A DNA stretch of 48,254 nucleotides from an uncultured Verrucomicrobiales bacterium (GTDB lineage: Bacteria; Verrucomicrobiota; Verrucomicrobiia; Limisphaerales; UBA1100). A program made the translations under genes and the position numbers. The stretch is taken from assembly GCA_913041895.1 (NCBI GenBank), contig CAJWKQ010000003.1:1-48254 (forward strand), written 5' to 3'. This document shows, piece by piece, positions 8,162 to 17,223 of the stretch. The notes beneath the pieces were generated by a model. That model made no database searches and was not told the origin of the DNA. It saw only the letters and a program-made list of their open reading frames with translations. Positions within the stretch are counted from its first letter, which is position 1, and each line of letters begins with the position of its first letter.

Positions 8162-10702
8162 ATGACCAAACCCAAAAAGCAAACACCTATGATGGCGCAA
8201 TACCATCGCCTCAAAGGAGAATTGCCAAAGGACACTTTACTGTTTTTTAGATTGGGAGATTTTTATGAACTGTTTTTCGACGACGCAAATAGAGGCGCAG
8301 ATATATTAAACATTACATTAACCAAACGCGGCAGTACTCCCATGTGTGGAATCCCATTTCACGCAGCGAATAATTACATTGGAAAGCTCCTGCAAGCTGG
8401 CTGCAAGGTAGCCTTGTGCGAACAAACCGAAGAAGCAGTACCTGGAAAACTGGTGAATCGAGAAGTCAAACAAATCCTCAGCCCAGGCACCCATTTTGAA
8501 GAGCAAATCCTCAATGCGGAGCGGAATAATTACTTGGCTGCCATTTGTCGTAATAAAGAAATCTACGGACTAGCACTCATCGACCTAACCACTGGTGATT
8601 TTAAGGTTACTGAAACCACATTTATCTCGGATTTAAGGTCTGAATTGGACCGACTCAAGCCGGCTGAAATAGTGCTCCCATCGGGGAATTTCCATATATC
8701 TGAAGAATTGGAAAAAGGCGGTGCATTACTTAATGAACATGAGGACTGGGTCTTTGCCAACGACTCGGCGAGCTACACGCTTCAGGATCATTTCGGAGTA
8801 AAATCTCTAGATGGATTCGGACTCAAAGATCGATATTCTGCCATTGGTGCAGCGGGAGGAGCCCTGCATTATCTGGCCAATACCTTAAGACGTGACGTCA
8901 CTCACTTACGTCCGATCAAGTTTTACCAAAAAACTGATTTCCTAACAATTGATGGAACCTCACTTCGCAATTTGGAAATCCTTGAGCCACTCACTCGTGA
9001 TGCACCAAATGCGGCCTGCCTATATAATTCAGTCAATCGCACCAACACCCCTATGGGAGCCCGACGTCTCCGTGATTGGCTGACACAACCGCTTGCGGAA
9101 GCTACCCAAATCCACGCGAGGCAACGGGCAGTTCAAATCTGGACAGAGGATGGTGCACGCTTGGAGCTCTTTGAAAAACATTTGCGCGAAGTACGTGATC
9201 TAGAACGCACCATTACCCGGCTTTCAGTAGGGACCGGCAATGCTCGAGACCTGCAAAATTTGCGACTGGCCATAGAACAGTTTTCTGCACTGCGCACGTT
9301 AATCGATGAATCCTTGGAGCATTCAAACGCATTAGAGCTCAATGACAGTGAGGAAACCCCGCTACTAACACAGCTCGCCGAACAACTTCAGCAACTACCT
9401 GAAGTGGTTGGACTTATTGCGCAATCCATCATTGATGATCCCCCGCTTACATTACGTGAAGGAGGCATTATCCGAGACGGTTTTAACACTTCACTGGACC
9501 AATTGCGTAGCGGAGCAAGCGAAGGCAAAGAATGGATCGCCCAATTACAACAACGTGAAATCGAAAAAACGGAAATCCCCTCTCTTAAAGTGCGTTTTAA
9601 CAATGTTTTCGGTTATTTTATCGAAATCACCAAAACCCATCTGGATAAGGTACCGGCCCATTACATTCGCAAACAAACCATCGCTAATGGAGAACGATAT
9701 ATCACAGATGAACTGAAGCAGATGGAAGACAAGGTTCTCGGAGCGCAGGAACGCAGCGTGAAGCTCGAGTACGAATTGTATCTAGAAGTCCGGGAAGAGG
9801 TGCTGAAACACCTACGCTCCATCCAACAGGCCGCTGATTCGTTGGCTCAACTTGATGTATTGGCAGGATTTGCTCAAACCGCTCGGCTACATAATTACTG
9901 TTGTCCGGTCGTTGGGCAAAAAAGCCAACTTGAAATCAAAGACGGCCGCCATCCGGTTCTCGAGCAGACAATTCTGGATGAACGGTTTGTGCCCAATCAT
10001 TCGGATTTAGGCACCGACAAACAGATTGCATTAATCACGGGACCCAATATGGCTGGTAAAAGTACCTACATTCGTCAAGTCGCGTTAATTGCTCTATTGG
10101 CCCATACCGGAAGTTTTGTGCCAGCATCCGAAGCGAGGATAGATCTACTGGACCGCATCTTCACAAGAATCGGTGCCAGTGACAATCTATCCCGTGGCCA
10201 ATCCACTTTTATGGTGGAAATGAGTGAGACAGCCAATATCCTTCACCATGCCTCTCCCAAAAGTCTTGTTATACTTGATGAAATTGGCCGCGGCACCAGC
10301 ACTTTTGATGGGCTGAGCCTGGCGTGGTCAATTGTTGAGCATATCCATCAACAACTCGGCGCCAAAACACTATTTGCCACACACTATCATGAGCTGACCG
10401 AATTATCTCAGCGCCTTAAACGGGTTTTCAATTTGAATGTCGCGGTAAAAGAATACAATGACCAGATCGTTTTCCTCCGGCAAATCATGGATGGCGCCGC
10501 TGATCAAAGCTACGGGATCCAGGTAGCGAGATTGGCCGGTGTGCCGCAAACTGTTCTGGATAGAGCAAAAGAAATCCTCATTAACTTGGAGGAAACAGAC
10601 CTGACAGCCGCTGGAGGCCGAAAGGACGGTGTAAATCCAAGAGCAGAGCGAAAAAAATTGCGGGACCTTACCCCTTCACCACAGCTTGATCTATTCAGCT
10701 AA
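8162..10702 (+). CDS. mutS: DNA mismatch repair protein MutS
   Basis: TPMMAQY, FRLGDFYELF (Phe-X-Glu), PMCGIP, GRHPVLE, Walker A TGPNMAGKSTY, STFMVEM, LDEIGRGTST, FATHYHEL, SYGIQVARLAG. Start set at ATG 8162 (MTKPKKQTPMM). Confidence 0.98.
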   Translation: MTKPKKQTPMMAQYHRLKGELPKDTLLFFRLGDFYELFFDDANRGADILNITLTKRGSTPMCGIPFHAANNYIGKLLQAGCKVALCEQTEEAVPGKLVNREVKQILSPGTHFEEQILNAERNNYLAAICRNKEIYGLALIDLTTGDFKVTETTFISDLRSELDRLKPAEIVLPSGNFHISEELEKGGALLNEHEDWVFANDSASYTLQDHFGVKSLDGFGLKDRYSAIGAAGGALHYLANTLRRDVTHLRPIKFYQKTDFLTIDGTSLRNLEILEPLTRDAPNAACLYNSVNRTNTPMGARRLRDWLTQPLAEATQIHARQRAVQIWTEDGARLELFEKHLREVRDLERTITRLSVGTGNARDLQNLRLAIEQFSALRTLIDESLEHSNALELNDSEETPLLTQLAEQLQQLPEVVGLIAQSIIDDPPLTLREGGIIRDGFNTSLDQLRSGASEGKEWIAQLQQREIEKTEIPSLKVRFNNVFGYFIEITKTHLDKVPAHYIRKQTIANGERYITDELKQMEDKVLGAQERSVKLEYELYLEVREEVLKHLRSIQQAADSLAQLDVLAGFAQTARLHNYCCPVVGQKSQLEIKDGRHPVLEQTILDERFVPNHSDLGTDKQIALITGPNMAGKSTYIRQVALIALLAHTGSFVPASEARIDLLDRIFTRIGASDNLSRGQSTFMVEMSETANILHHASPKSLVILDEIGRGTSTFDGLSLAWSIVEHIHQQLGAKTLFATHYHELTELSQRLKRVFNLNVAVKEYNDQIVFLRQIMDGAADQSYGIQVARLAGVPQTVLDRAKEILINLEETDLTAAGGRKDGVNPRAERKKLRDLTPSPQLDLFS

Positions 10703-11120
10703 TCCTGATTGCTCTCAACAGAGTCGCTTGCCCACAATGAGGACACTGTACTTCGGTTCCCTCACTTTCAATGGGATACTCAATTGAATTCTGGCAGTGA
10801 TTGCAGGGTGTTTTGAGGTAAACTACATGGGACTGCGCTAGCTCCGGATTGGGTTCAGTGTGTTGAGGATCTGAAGGCGGGGGTGCCGTCTCTGTTGTGG
10901 GGGGGCAAGCACTAGCTTGCTGCAGCTCCTCTTTCTTTTTTGGCTTACTTGTAAAAAGCCAAATTGCAAATGAAACCAAAATGCTGAGGATGACTTTCAT
11001 ACCGCCTGTGCTGTCCAAGCCAGTCTTTGAGCGGGCGCTGTTATCAACCCCAAGATACCATATTATATACCCAACGATGAATATAACTACAACTATCCCA
11101 ACATATCTACGTACCAGCAC
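10695..11120 (-). CDS. Hypothetical membrane protein with C-terminal zinc ribbon
   Basis: Two hydrophobic segments, a Pro-rich linker, then CNHC...CPHCG. Start uncertain. Confidence 0.65.
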   Translation of the reverse strand: MLVRRYVGIVVVIFIVGYIIWYLGVDNSARSKTGLDSTGGMKVILSILVSFAIWLFTSKPKKKEELQQASACPPTTETAPPPSDPQHTEPNPELAQSHVVYLKTPCNHCQNSIEYPIESEGTEVQCPHCGQATLLRAIRIS

Positions 11121-11207
11121 AGTAAACCCATTAATTGAATATTCGTTATTATTGTCAAGGGCGCTTGCAACTAAAATAGCTGCAGCTAACTGAAGTTGGA
11201 TCGTTAA

Positions 11208-11888
11208 CTAATCCTCTTTGGGAACTGTCTTGTAAAGAATCATCACCCCGAAATCAGAACCCTTTTTTTCATCAGCTGTATAATTAACAGGGTGCACTCC
11301 CACCAGATTTTCTTCTTCGAGGCTGCTCAAAAATTTGGATACTACATCATCAAACGTATCCTTCTTATCGGCCACACAGTCGCTATGCAAAATGGTTTTT
11401 ACCGAAAGTTTGTGTAAGCCCGCCGCCTCGCGCTCCAGCGTGGCGGTGGAACCGCCGCCAAACCCAACCACAATTTCATCCTCAGCTTTCGCTGGCGATG
11501 AGGAGGTTTCACTTGCGGGAGCCTCTTGCTTCGGCGTTTCAGGTGACGGCGCAGTGGGTTCTGCTGCAGGATTTGTCTCTGGCGGTGGAGTCGGCTTGGC
11601 CGCTGGATTGGCTTGCGGCGGTGGGGCGGGTGCTGCGCCAGACGGACTGGGAGCTGGCTGTGGTTCGGGAGAGGGACTCGTTGCCGCTGCTGCCTTAATT
11701 GCTGCAGCCTCTTCATTGGAAGGAAACTCTATCTCTTGGGCACAGGAAGTCTGAGGACAAGCATATTTTCCCCCCATCTGATCGTTGATTTGACCCAGCT
11801 GCTGCTCATCCAAAGACAGTCCGTTAGAGCAATGCGGACAGGCGATAACGAAAAACCCATCAGCAAAAGTAACATTTTGACTCTTCAT
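11208..11888 (-). CDS. Hypothetical protein: N-terminal zinc ribbon, Pro/Ala-rich linker, small C-terminal domain
   Basis: CPHC...CPQTSC followed by a long PSPEPQPAPSP-type linker and an acidic globular tail. Confidence 0.75.
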   Translation of the reverse strand: MKSQNVTFADGFFVIACPHCSNGLSLDEQQLGQINDQMGGKYACPQTSCAQEIEFPSNEEAAAIKAAAATSPSPEPQPAPSPSGAAPAPPPQANPAAKPTPPPETNPAAEPTAPSPETPKQEAPASETSSSPAKAEDEIVVGFGGGSTATLEREAAGLHKLSVKTILHSDCVADKKDTFDDVVSKFLSSLEEENLVGVHPVNYTADEKKGSDFGVMILYKTVPKED

Positions 11889-11959
11889 CTTCGATGCCGG
11901 ATCGACCTAAATTCTGCGGGTAAACTTACAACATCCAAGAACAGTCAGCCAGTTCAAAC

Positions 11960-13222
11960 CTAGTTCTGCTTTACCCTTTTGATCTTGGCTCCCAGCTTTC
12001 CCAACTTTGTATCGAGATTTTCATAGCCTCGATCCAAATGGTAGATGCGGTTTACTTGTGTTGTCCCCTCAGCCACCATGCCAGCAATCACCAGTGCTGC
12101 ACTCGCTCGTAAATCACTGGCCATAACTTCCGCACCCGAAAGCTTCTGTACCCCGTGCACAATAGCACTAGGTCCCTCAATGGAAATCTCAGCTCCAAGT
12201 CGCTCCATTTCCTGAACATGAGTAAAGCGACTTTCAAATATACGTTCGGTAATTATGCTGATTCCCGGTGTTTGGGTCATAAATGCCATCATCTGGGCCT
12301 GTACATCAGTAGGAAAACCCGGGTGTGGCAAGGTGGTTACATGCACGCTGTGCAATCCCCGACCTCTCTTGAAAGTCAGTTTTCCCTTCGACTGATCAAC
12401 CTTTACTCCGGATTCACGCAGCTTTTCTATTACCGCTTTCATGTGATCCTGTCTGGCGCCCTTAAGGGTTACCTCGCCATTGGTAGCGACACCGGCAATA
12501 GCATAGGTTGCTGCTTCAATCCGATCAGGTATAACTTCGTGTTCGGCACCACCCAACTCCTTCACCCCCGTAATGGTGAGCGTAGGGGAGCCTAACCCAT
12601 TAATCTGCGCACCAATATTGTTAAGAAACTTCCCCAAATCCACTACCTCAGGTTCACAAGCTGCATGTTCAATGACCGTAATACCTTCAGCCAAAGTGGC
12701 AGCCATCATTGCATTGGCCGTTCCGAGTACTGTTGGTCCGGCGCGACCCCCCAAAAACATTTCACCACCAGATAACTTTTTCGCCTTGGCGAGAATATAA
12801 CCCTTATCAATGTTAACCTTTGCTCCCAGTGCTTCCATCGCTTTTCGATGCAAATCCACCGGCCTTGTGCCGATAACACAGCCTCCCGGCATAGACACAG
12901 TCGCTTCTCCAAGTCGCGCGAGTAATGGCCCTAGCACACAAAGAGAGCCGCGCATTTTTCTGACCAAATCGTAATCGGCGAAATCGCGCACCTTCTGTGC
13001 CTGCACGGTGACTGTGTCCCCTTTGATTTTAGTTGTAGCTCCCAGACTTTCAAGAATCTGGCACATGGTCTTGACGTCGGCTAAATCGGGCACATTACGA
13101 ATGATGCAAGGCTCACGTGTAAGAAGTGTTGCAGCTAAAATTGGTAACACTGCATTTTTGGCTCCACTAATTTGCACCTCTCCGTTGAGCGGGGTGCCGC
13201 CTTTGATCTCAAGACTGTCCAC
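11960..13222 (-). CDS. murA: UDP-N-acetylglucosamine 1-carboxyvinyltransferase
   Basis: ISGAKNAVLP, MPGGCVIGTRPVDLH (active-site Cys), EPEVVDL, PDRIEA, PGFPTDVQAQ, DLRASAALV, HLDRGYE. Confidence 0.98.
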   Translation of the reverse strand: MDSLEIKGGTPLNGEVQISGAKNAVLPILAATLLTREPCIIRNVPDLADVKTMCQILESLGATTKIKGDTVTVQAQKVRDFADYDLVRKMRGSLCVLGPLLARLGEATVSMPGGCVIGTRPVDLHRKAMEALGAKVNIDKGYILAKAKKLSGGEMFLGGRAGPTVLGTANAMMAATLAEGITVIEHAACEPEVVDLGKFLNNIGAQINGLGSPTLTITGVKELGGAEHEVIPDRIEAATYAIAGVATNGEVTLKGARQDHMKAVIEKLRESGVKVDQSKGKLTFKRGRGLHSVHVTTLPHPGFPTDVQAQMMAFMTQTPGISIITERIFESRFTHVQEMERLGAEISIEGPSAIVHGVQKLSGAEVMASDLRASAALVIAGMVAEGTTQVNRIYHLDRGYENLDTKLGKLGAKIKRVKQN

Positions 13223-13252
13223 AGGGGGGTAAAATCCTCAGGTCGTGATTGT

Positions 13253-14113
13253 TCACGAATTGTCTGGAGAGGCAACCACGATCCTTTCCACGTTATTCAG
13301 ATCGGGCACAATGCTTAAAACACGTCCTCCATACTTAATGATCAAGTCGGAAACCTCTGGAGTCTGTCCATCACCCACCTCCAACATCATTCGTCCTTGG
13401 GAATTCAAATGTGGCATATAATTCAGGATCAGAAAACGGTAATAGTCTAACCCATCTTGTCCTCCATCCAATGCAAGACGCGGGTCATGTTCGCGAACCT
13501 CCTCCTGTAATGTGTCGATATCGCAAGTCGGAATGTAGGGCGGGTTGGACACAATTAAATCAAATGCTTCTTCGATCGGGCAACCCTCACGCATATCAGC
13601 CTCATGAAAAATAATACGCTCACTTAATCCATTTCGATTGGCATTAACCTGCGCCAGTTTTAAAGCCTCCTTTGAAATATCCAGTGCGTGCACCGCCCCT
13701 TTAGGTGATTGTGCTGCAATCGCGATAGCCAAGCACCCGCTACCCGTGCCGATATCCAGAATGACGGGTGACTCCCTCATTTTGGCAAATTTGCAGGCTT
13801 CCTCCGCTAAAATCTCTGTTTCTGGTCGCGGCACCAGCACGTGTTTATTCACAACAAGTTCCAACCCACAAAACTCCACCGAACCGATAAGATGCTGGAG
13901 AGGAATCCGCTGTGCTCGTTGTGTCACCAGTTGATTCCATTGCGAGTGCTGCTCAACAGTTAGTGTGGAACCTTGCTTCAATCCCAACTCTGGCCGATTA
14001 CATCCTAACACATGGGCCATGAGCCATTGAGCATTTACTGCGGCACTTTCGACACCCGAATCCTCTAAAATCATCACTGCTTTATGTAATGCCTCGGCGA
14101 CTCTCACCGGCAA
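13253..14113 (-). CDS. prmC: Peptide chain release factor N5-glutamine methyltransferase
   Basis: PLQHLIG, VLVPRPETE, LDIGTGSG, VSNPPYI, ALDGGQDGLDYY, LEVG. Exact start uncertain (TTG). Confidence 0.95.
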   Translation of the reverse strand: MPVRVAEALHKAVMILEDSGVESAAVNAQWLMAHVLGCNRPELGLKQGSTLTVEQHSQWNQLVTQRAQRIPLQHLIGSVEFCGLELVVNKHVLVPRPETEILAEEACKFAKMRESPVILDIGTGSGCLAIAIAAQSPKGAVHALDISKEALKLAQVNANRNGLSERIIFHEADMREGCPIEEAFDLIVSNPPYIPTCDIDTLQEEVREHDPRLALDGGQDGLDYYRFLILNYMPHLNSQGRMMLEVGDGQTPEVSDLIIKYGGRVLSIVPDLNNVERIVVASPDNS

Positions 14114-14173
14114 AGCTTGCGAGCTGAGTAGGATTTCGTGAAGCCAAAACCGCCTAACCTTGCAGCTTGAAAC

Positions 14174-14202
14174 TTGAATAATTGGCTGATGTTATTTAGG
14201 GT
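14174..14202 (+). promoter_or_regulatory. Putative sigma70-type promoter (leaderless) of the LysM gene
   Basis: TTGAAT (14174-14179), 17 nt, TAGGGT (14197-14202), 6 nt, ATG 14209. Confidence 0.5.
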
Positions 14203-14208
14203 TACGCC

Positions 14209-14934
14209 ATGAGGAGTATGATTGCATCCCCCTTGGTGATCGCCACCTTCTGCCTGCACTTGCTTGATATAAAAGCACAGGAAAATCCGCCCATACTCAA
14301 CACTCCAAAACCTGCTACTATTCCACCAAAGAAACCTGCGCCTGAAAAAGAGGCTCCTAAAACGCCCACCCCATCAAGAACCGGCGCAGGCAATCAGTAT
14401 TTTATCGAAAAGCTTCAAAAACTAAATGGAGATATGGAGCAATTGATGGGTGCCTATAATTTGCAAATTCGCAAAATGGAGGCTCTGGAAGCCCAAGTCA
14501 AAAATCTTCAAACGGCCAACGAAAATTTGAAGCGGGAAAACGCCCTGCGCTTTGCCAGTAATAAAGATATTGAGGAATTGGCCTCCAAGCTCATGAAGTT
14601 GGACAACAACCTACGCAATGACCTCAAACTTACCAACCAGCAAATTGATGAGATCCTGAAAACGGTTCAAAAAATTGCCAACAGCCCCGCTCCCACGCCA
14701 CCGCCAACCCGCAGCAATCCAGCTCCTGCCAACTTTCAGGCTAGAGAACACGTCGTGCAATCAGGCGAATTTTTGAGCACGATTCTTTCGGCCTACAACA
14801 CCGCTTTCAAGGAAGAGGGGCTCAAGGGGCGCGTCTCTCAAAGTCAGGTACTCAAGGCCAACCCCGGAATGAAAGCCGACCGGCTATTCGTCGGCCAGAA
14901 GTTGCTCATTCCGTTACCTGGCGAAATCAAATAA
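14209..14934 (+). CDS. Exported coiled-coil protein with C-terminal LysM domain
   Basis: Signal-peptide-like N-terminus, Pro-rich linker, heptad coiled coil, then HVVQSGEFLSTI...ANPG...LFVGQKLLIP (LysM with an insertion). Confidence 0.8.
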   Translation: MRSMIASPLVIATFCLHLLDIKAQENPPILNTPKPATIPPKKPAPEKEAPKTPTPSRTGAGNQYFIEKLQKLNGDMEQLMGAYNLQIRKMEALEAQVKNLQTANENLKRENALRFASNKDIEELASKLMKLDNNLRNDLKLTNQQIDEILKTVQKIANSPAPTPPPTRSNPAPANFQAREHVVQSGEFLSTILSAYNTAFKEEGLKGRVSQSQVLKANPGMKADRLFVGQKLLIPLPGEIK

Positions 14935-15540
14935 GTGAAACAGCTGCGCCGCATTCATCTTTATCTGGGTTGTTTTGTTACGCCGCTCTTGGCGATGTAT
15001 CTATTTTCCGGTTTTTATTTCATCCTAAACCCCGCACGCCAAAAAGACGAAGGAGAAGCCCAAAGCATCATGCAAAAACTTTGGTGGGTGCATACTGATC
15101 AGCATTGGGCTCGAGGGGTAAGCGAAGTTGACCCTTTGGCAGAAAACCAACCTAAGACCGTTAATGACTGGGAGTACGATACCACTTTTTTCAAATGGCT
15201 CGTTTATCTGGTCGTTATTTTTTCCCTAGTCACCATGATTATGGGGCTGATCTTGGCCATTCGTTCAGCCAAAGATAAAAAGCCGGCGGTCGGGGCTGTC
15301 GTTGCAGGAATCGTTATCCCCGCCGTAATTTTAATCGCGGGACAAAAAAATGTGCAAAAGCCCAACCCATTCCATCCAGATAATGCTGGAGGCGGGCCCG
15401 CCGGACCAGGAGGGTTAGCCCCGCCAGGCAGTAATATTAACTCGGATAGTCCTGGACTTTCCCCCCTGCCGTCCGGACCCCTTCCTGGTAACAATGAAAA
15501 CGAACCTTCACTGCTTCCTCCCGGGCAAAAAGAGGATTAG
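14935..15540 (+). CDS. PepSY-associated TM helix family membrane protein
   Basis: N-terminal LRRIHLYLG.F..PL....LFSG motif, a second His (WVH), two further TM helices and a Pro/Gly-rich tail. GTG starts directly after the upstream stop. Confidence 0.65.
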   Translation: MKQLRRIHLYLGCFVTPLLAMYLFSGFYFILNPARQKDEGEAQSIMQKLWWVHTDQHWARGVSEVDPLAENQPKTVNDWEYDTTFFKWLVYLVVIFSLVTMIMGLILAIRSAKDKKPAVGAVVAGIVIPAVILIAGQKNVQKPNPFHPDNAGGGPAGPGGLAPPGSNINSDSPGLSPLPSGPLPGNNENEPSLLPPGQKED

Positions 15541-16653
15541 TTAGACCAATTCACCGGCTACCTGATTGACCCCTTTAACGAGTGCCTGCCAATCCTCAGC
15601 AGTCGTCTCCCATCCACTACTAAAACGCACCACTCTATCGGCATCTTCTTTCGCAACGCCCATCGCTGTGAGAACATGGCTGGGTGTTTCCTTTCCGCTA
15701 GAACAGGCACTGCCGGTTGATACGGCAAAGCCGGCTTTATCCAGCTTTACCACCCAGCGTGCCTGACAATCTCCCGGAAGCAACGCACTTACCGTGTTCC
15801 AAAGCCTCCCTTGACCTTTACCCAGAACTTCCGCGCCAATGAGGCTCATTACAAAGGCATTCCGCCAAGCCTCTTTTTCCTGAGTAATGCCGGAAGTCAA
15901 CTGATGTTCTCGTTCCCTCAAGGCCGCCATCATGGACAGTACTCCCGCTACATTCTCCGTTCCTGCCCGCCTACCTTCTTCCTGTGCTCCTCCCACCAGT
16001 TGTGAATATACAGCACCTCTAGAAGGGCACTTCAAAAAGCCTACACCTTGAGGACCCCCGAATTTATGTGCGCATCCACTAACAAAATCACAGTCGCCTA
16101 ACCCCTTGGCTGGAAGTTTCCCTACCCACTGTGCCGCATCGCAAAAAAAAGGAATCTGATATTCTGAACAGAGCTGTTGCACCTCTGTCCACGGCTGCAA
16201 TACACCTGTTTCGTTATTGGCCGCCATCACGGCGATCAAGCCGGGTTTTTCTTTGGTTAGTCTTTCCTTTAAAACATCCACATCTAAAACGCCCGTATTA
16301 TTGACCCGAAGCGTTTTATAACGGTTGGGGAAATGGGTGCGGGTTGCCTCAATCACGCAAGGATGCTCAATGGCCGAAATCCAGACTTCCTCATCCCCTT
16401 CCAAAGCTTGGGCGCAATGATGAAGCACCAGATTATTGGATTCAGTTGCCCCGGATGTCCAAACGATATCCAAAGGGCTGCACCCTAAAAATCCAGCCAA
16501 TTGATCGCGCGCATCTGCCATTGCGCGCTCTGCTCTTGCGCCCATTCGGTGAGGACTAGAAGGATTACCCACATACCGGTCAATGGCATCCACCCAAGCA
16601 TCCTTGGCCGATGCACACAAAGGAGTGGTCGCATTATGATCAAAGTAGAGCAT
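15541..16653 (-). CDS. Cysteine desulfurase (IscS/NifS-type, PLP)
   Basis: YFDHNATTP, GNPSS, TSGATESNN, IEHP, ANNETG, DAAQ, AHKFGGP (PLP Lys), RAGTENV, STGSACSSG (catalytic Cys). Start set at ATG 16653. Confidence 0.92.
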   Translation of the reverse strand: MLYFDHNATTPLCASAKDAWVDAIDRYVGNPSSPHRMGARAERAMADARDQLAGFLGCSPLDIVWTSGATESNNLVLHHCAQALEGDEEVWISAIEHPCVIEATRTHFPNRYKTLRVNNTGVLDVDVLKERLTKEKPGLIAVMAANNETGVLQPWTEVQQLCSEYQIPFFCDAAQWVGKLPAKGLGDCDFVSGCAHKFGGPQGVGFLKCPSRGAVYSQLVGGAQEEGRRAGTENVAGVLSMMAALREREHQLTSGITQEKEAWRNAFVMSLIGAEVLGKGQGRLWNTVSALLPGDCQARWVVKLDKAGFAVSTGSACSSGKETPSHVLTAMGVAKEDADRVVRFSSGWETTAEDWQALVKGVNQVAGELV

Positions 16654-16746
16654 GGGAGCAGAACCGAGGATACTTACCAATGCGTTGGTTTCGAGCCTTT
16701 TGTGGCTTGATTCCAAACCGCTAATCCGAAACCTTCACTTGATCAG

Positions 16747-17223
16747 ATGGCTGATGGCAAAAAAACACTCTTTTTTAAACGAACGCATTTTGCCACGCAT
16801 CTGCCATTGAATTACCATTACAGCCCCTCACATTTCTGGGCTAAGGCAAGAGACGGCGTTTTGCAAATTGGTTTCACCAAGTTTGCCACCCGCATGCTAG
16901 GTGATATGGTCGACCATGGTTTTGAAATAAAACCCGGAGCCCAAATACAACCAGGTCAGATTTTGGGTTGGGTGGAAGGTTTCAAGGCCATTAGTGATGT
17001 CTATTCTTTTACCGAAGGTCAATTCGTGGGAACCAACCCGGCGCTGCAGCAGAACATCGCTCTCATCAATAAGAAGCCCTACAACGAGGGGTGGATATAT
17101 GAAGTGAAAGGTCAGCTGGATAATAAATGCGTCGACGCAGAAGGTTACGCTGCTATTCTTAATCAAACCATCGACAAAATGCTGGAGCAGCAGCAGGCAG
17201 AAAAGGATAAGGAAATTGAATAA
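16747..17223 (+). CDS. Glycine cleavage H-like (lipoyl-carrier fold) protein
   Basis: YSPSHFW, IGFTKFA...LGD, VEGFKAISDVYS (lipoyl-Lys hairpin, compare VESVKA), N..L...INKKPYNEGWIYEV. No gcvT or gcvP in the window. Confidence 0.8.
   Translation: MADGKKTLFFKRTHFATHLPLNYHYSPSHFWAKARDGVLQIGFTKFATRMLGDMVDHGFEIKPGAQIQPGQILGWVEGFKAISDVYSFTEGQFVGTNPALQQNIALINKKPYNEGWIYEVKGQLDNKCVDAEGYAAILNQTIDKMLEQQQAEKDKEIE

Noticed and set aside
16390-16470. SGAT flavinylation motif as an ApbE target in the cysteine desulfurase
   Set aside because: TSGATE is the standard PLP-binding motif of this enzyme family.
16747-17223. Calling this gene canonical gcvH of a glycine cleavage operon
   Set aside because: No gcvT or gcvP nearby, a divergent hairpin sequence, and coupling to a metallochaperone GTPase. 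Gene symbol withheld.
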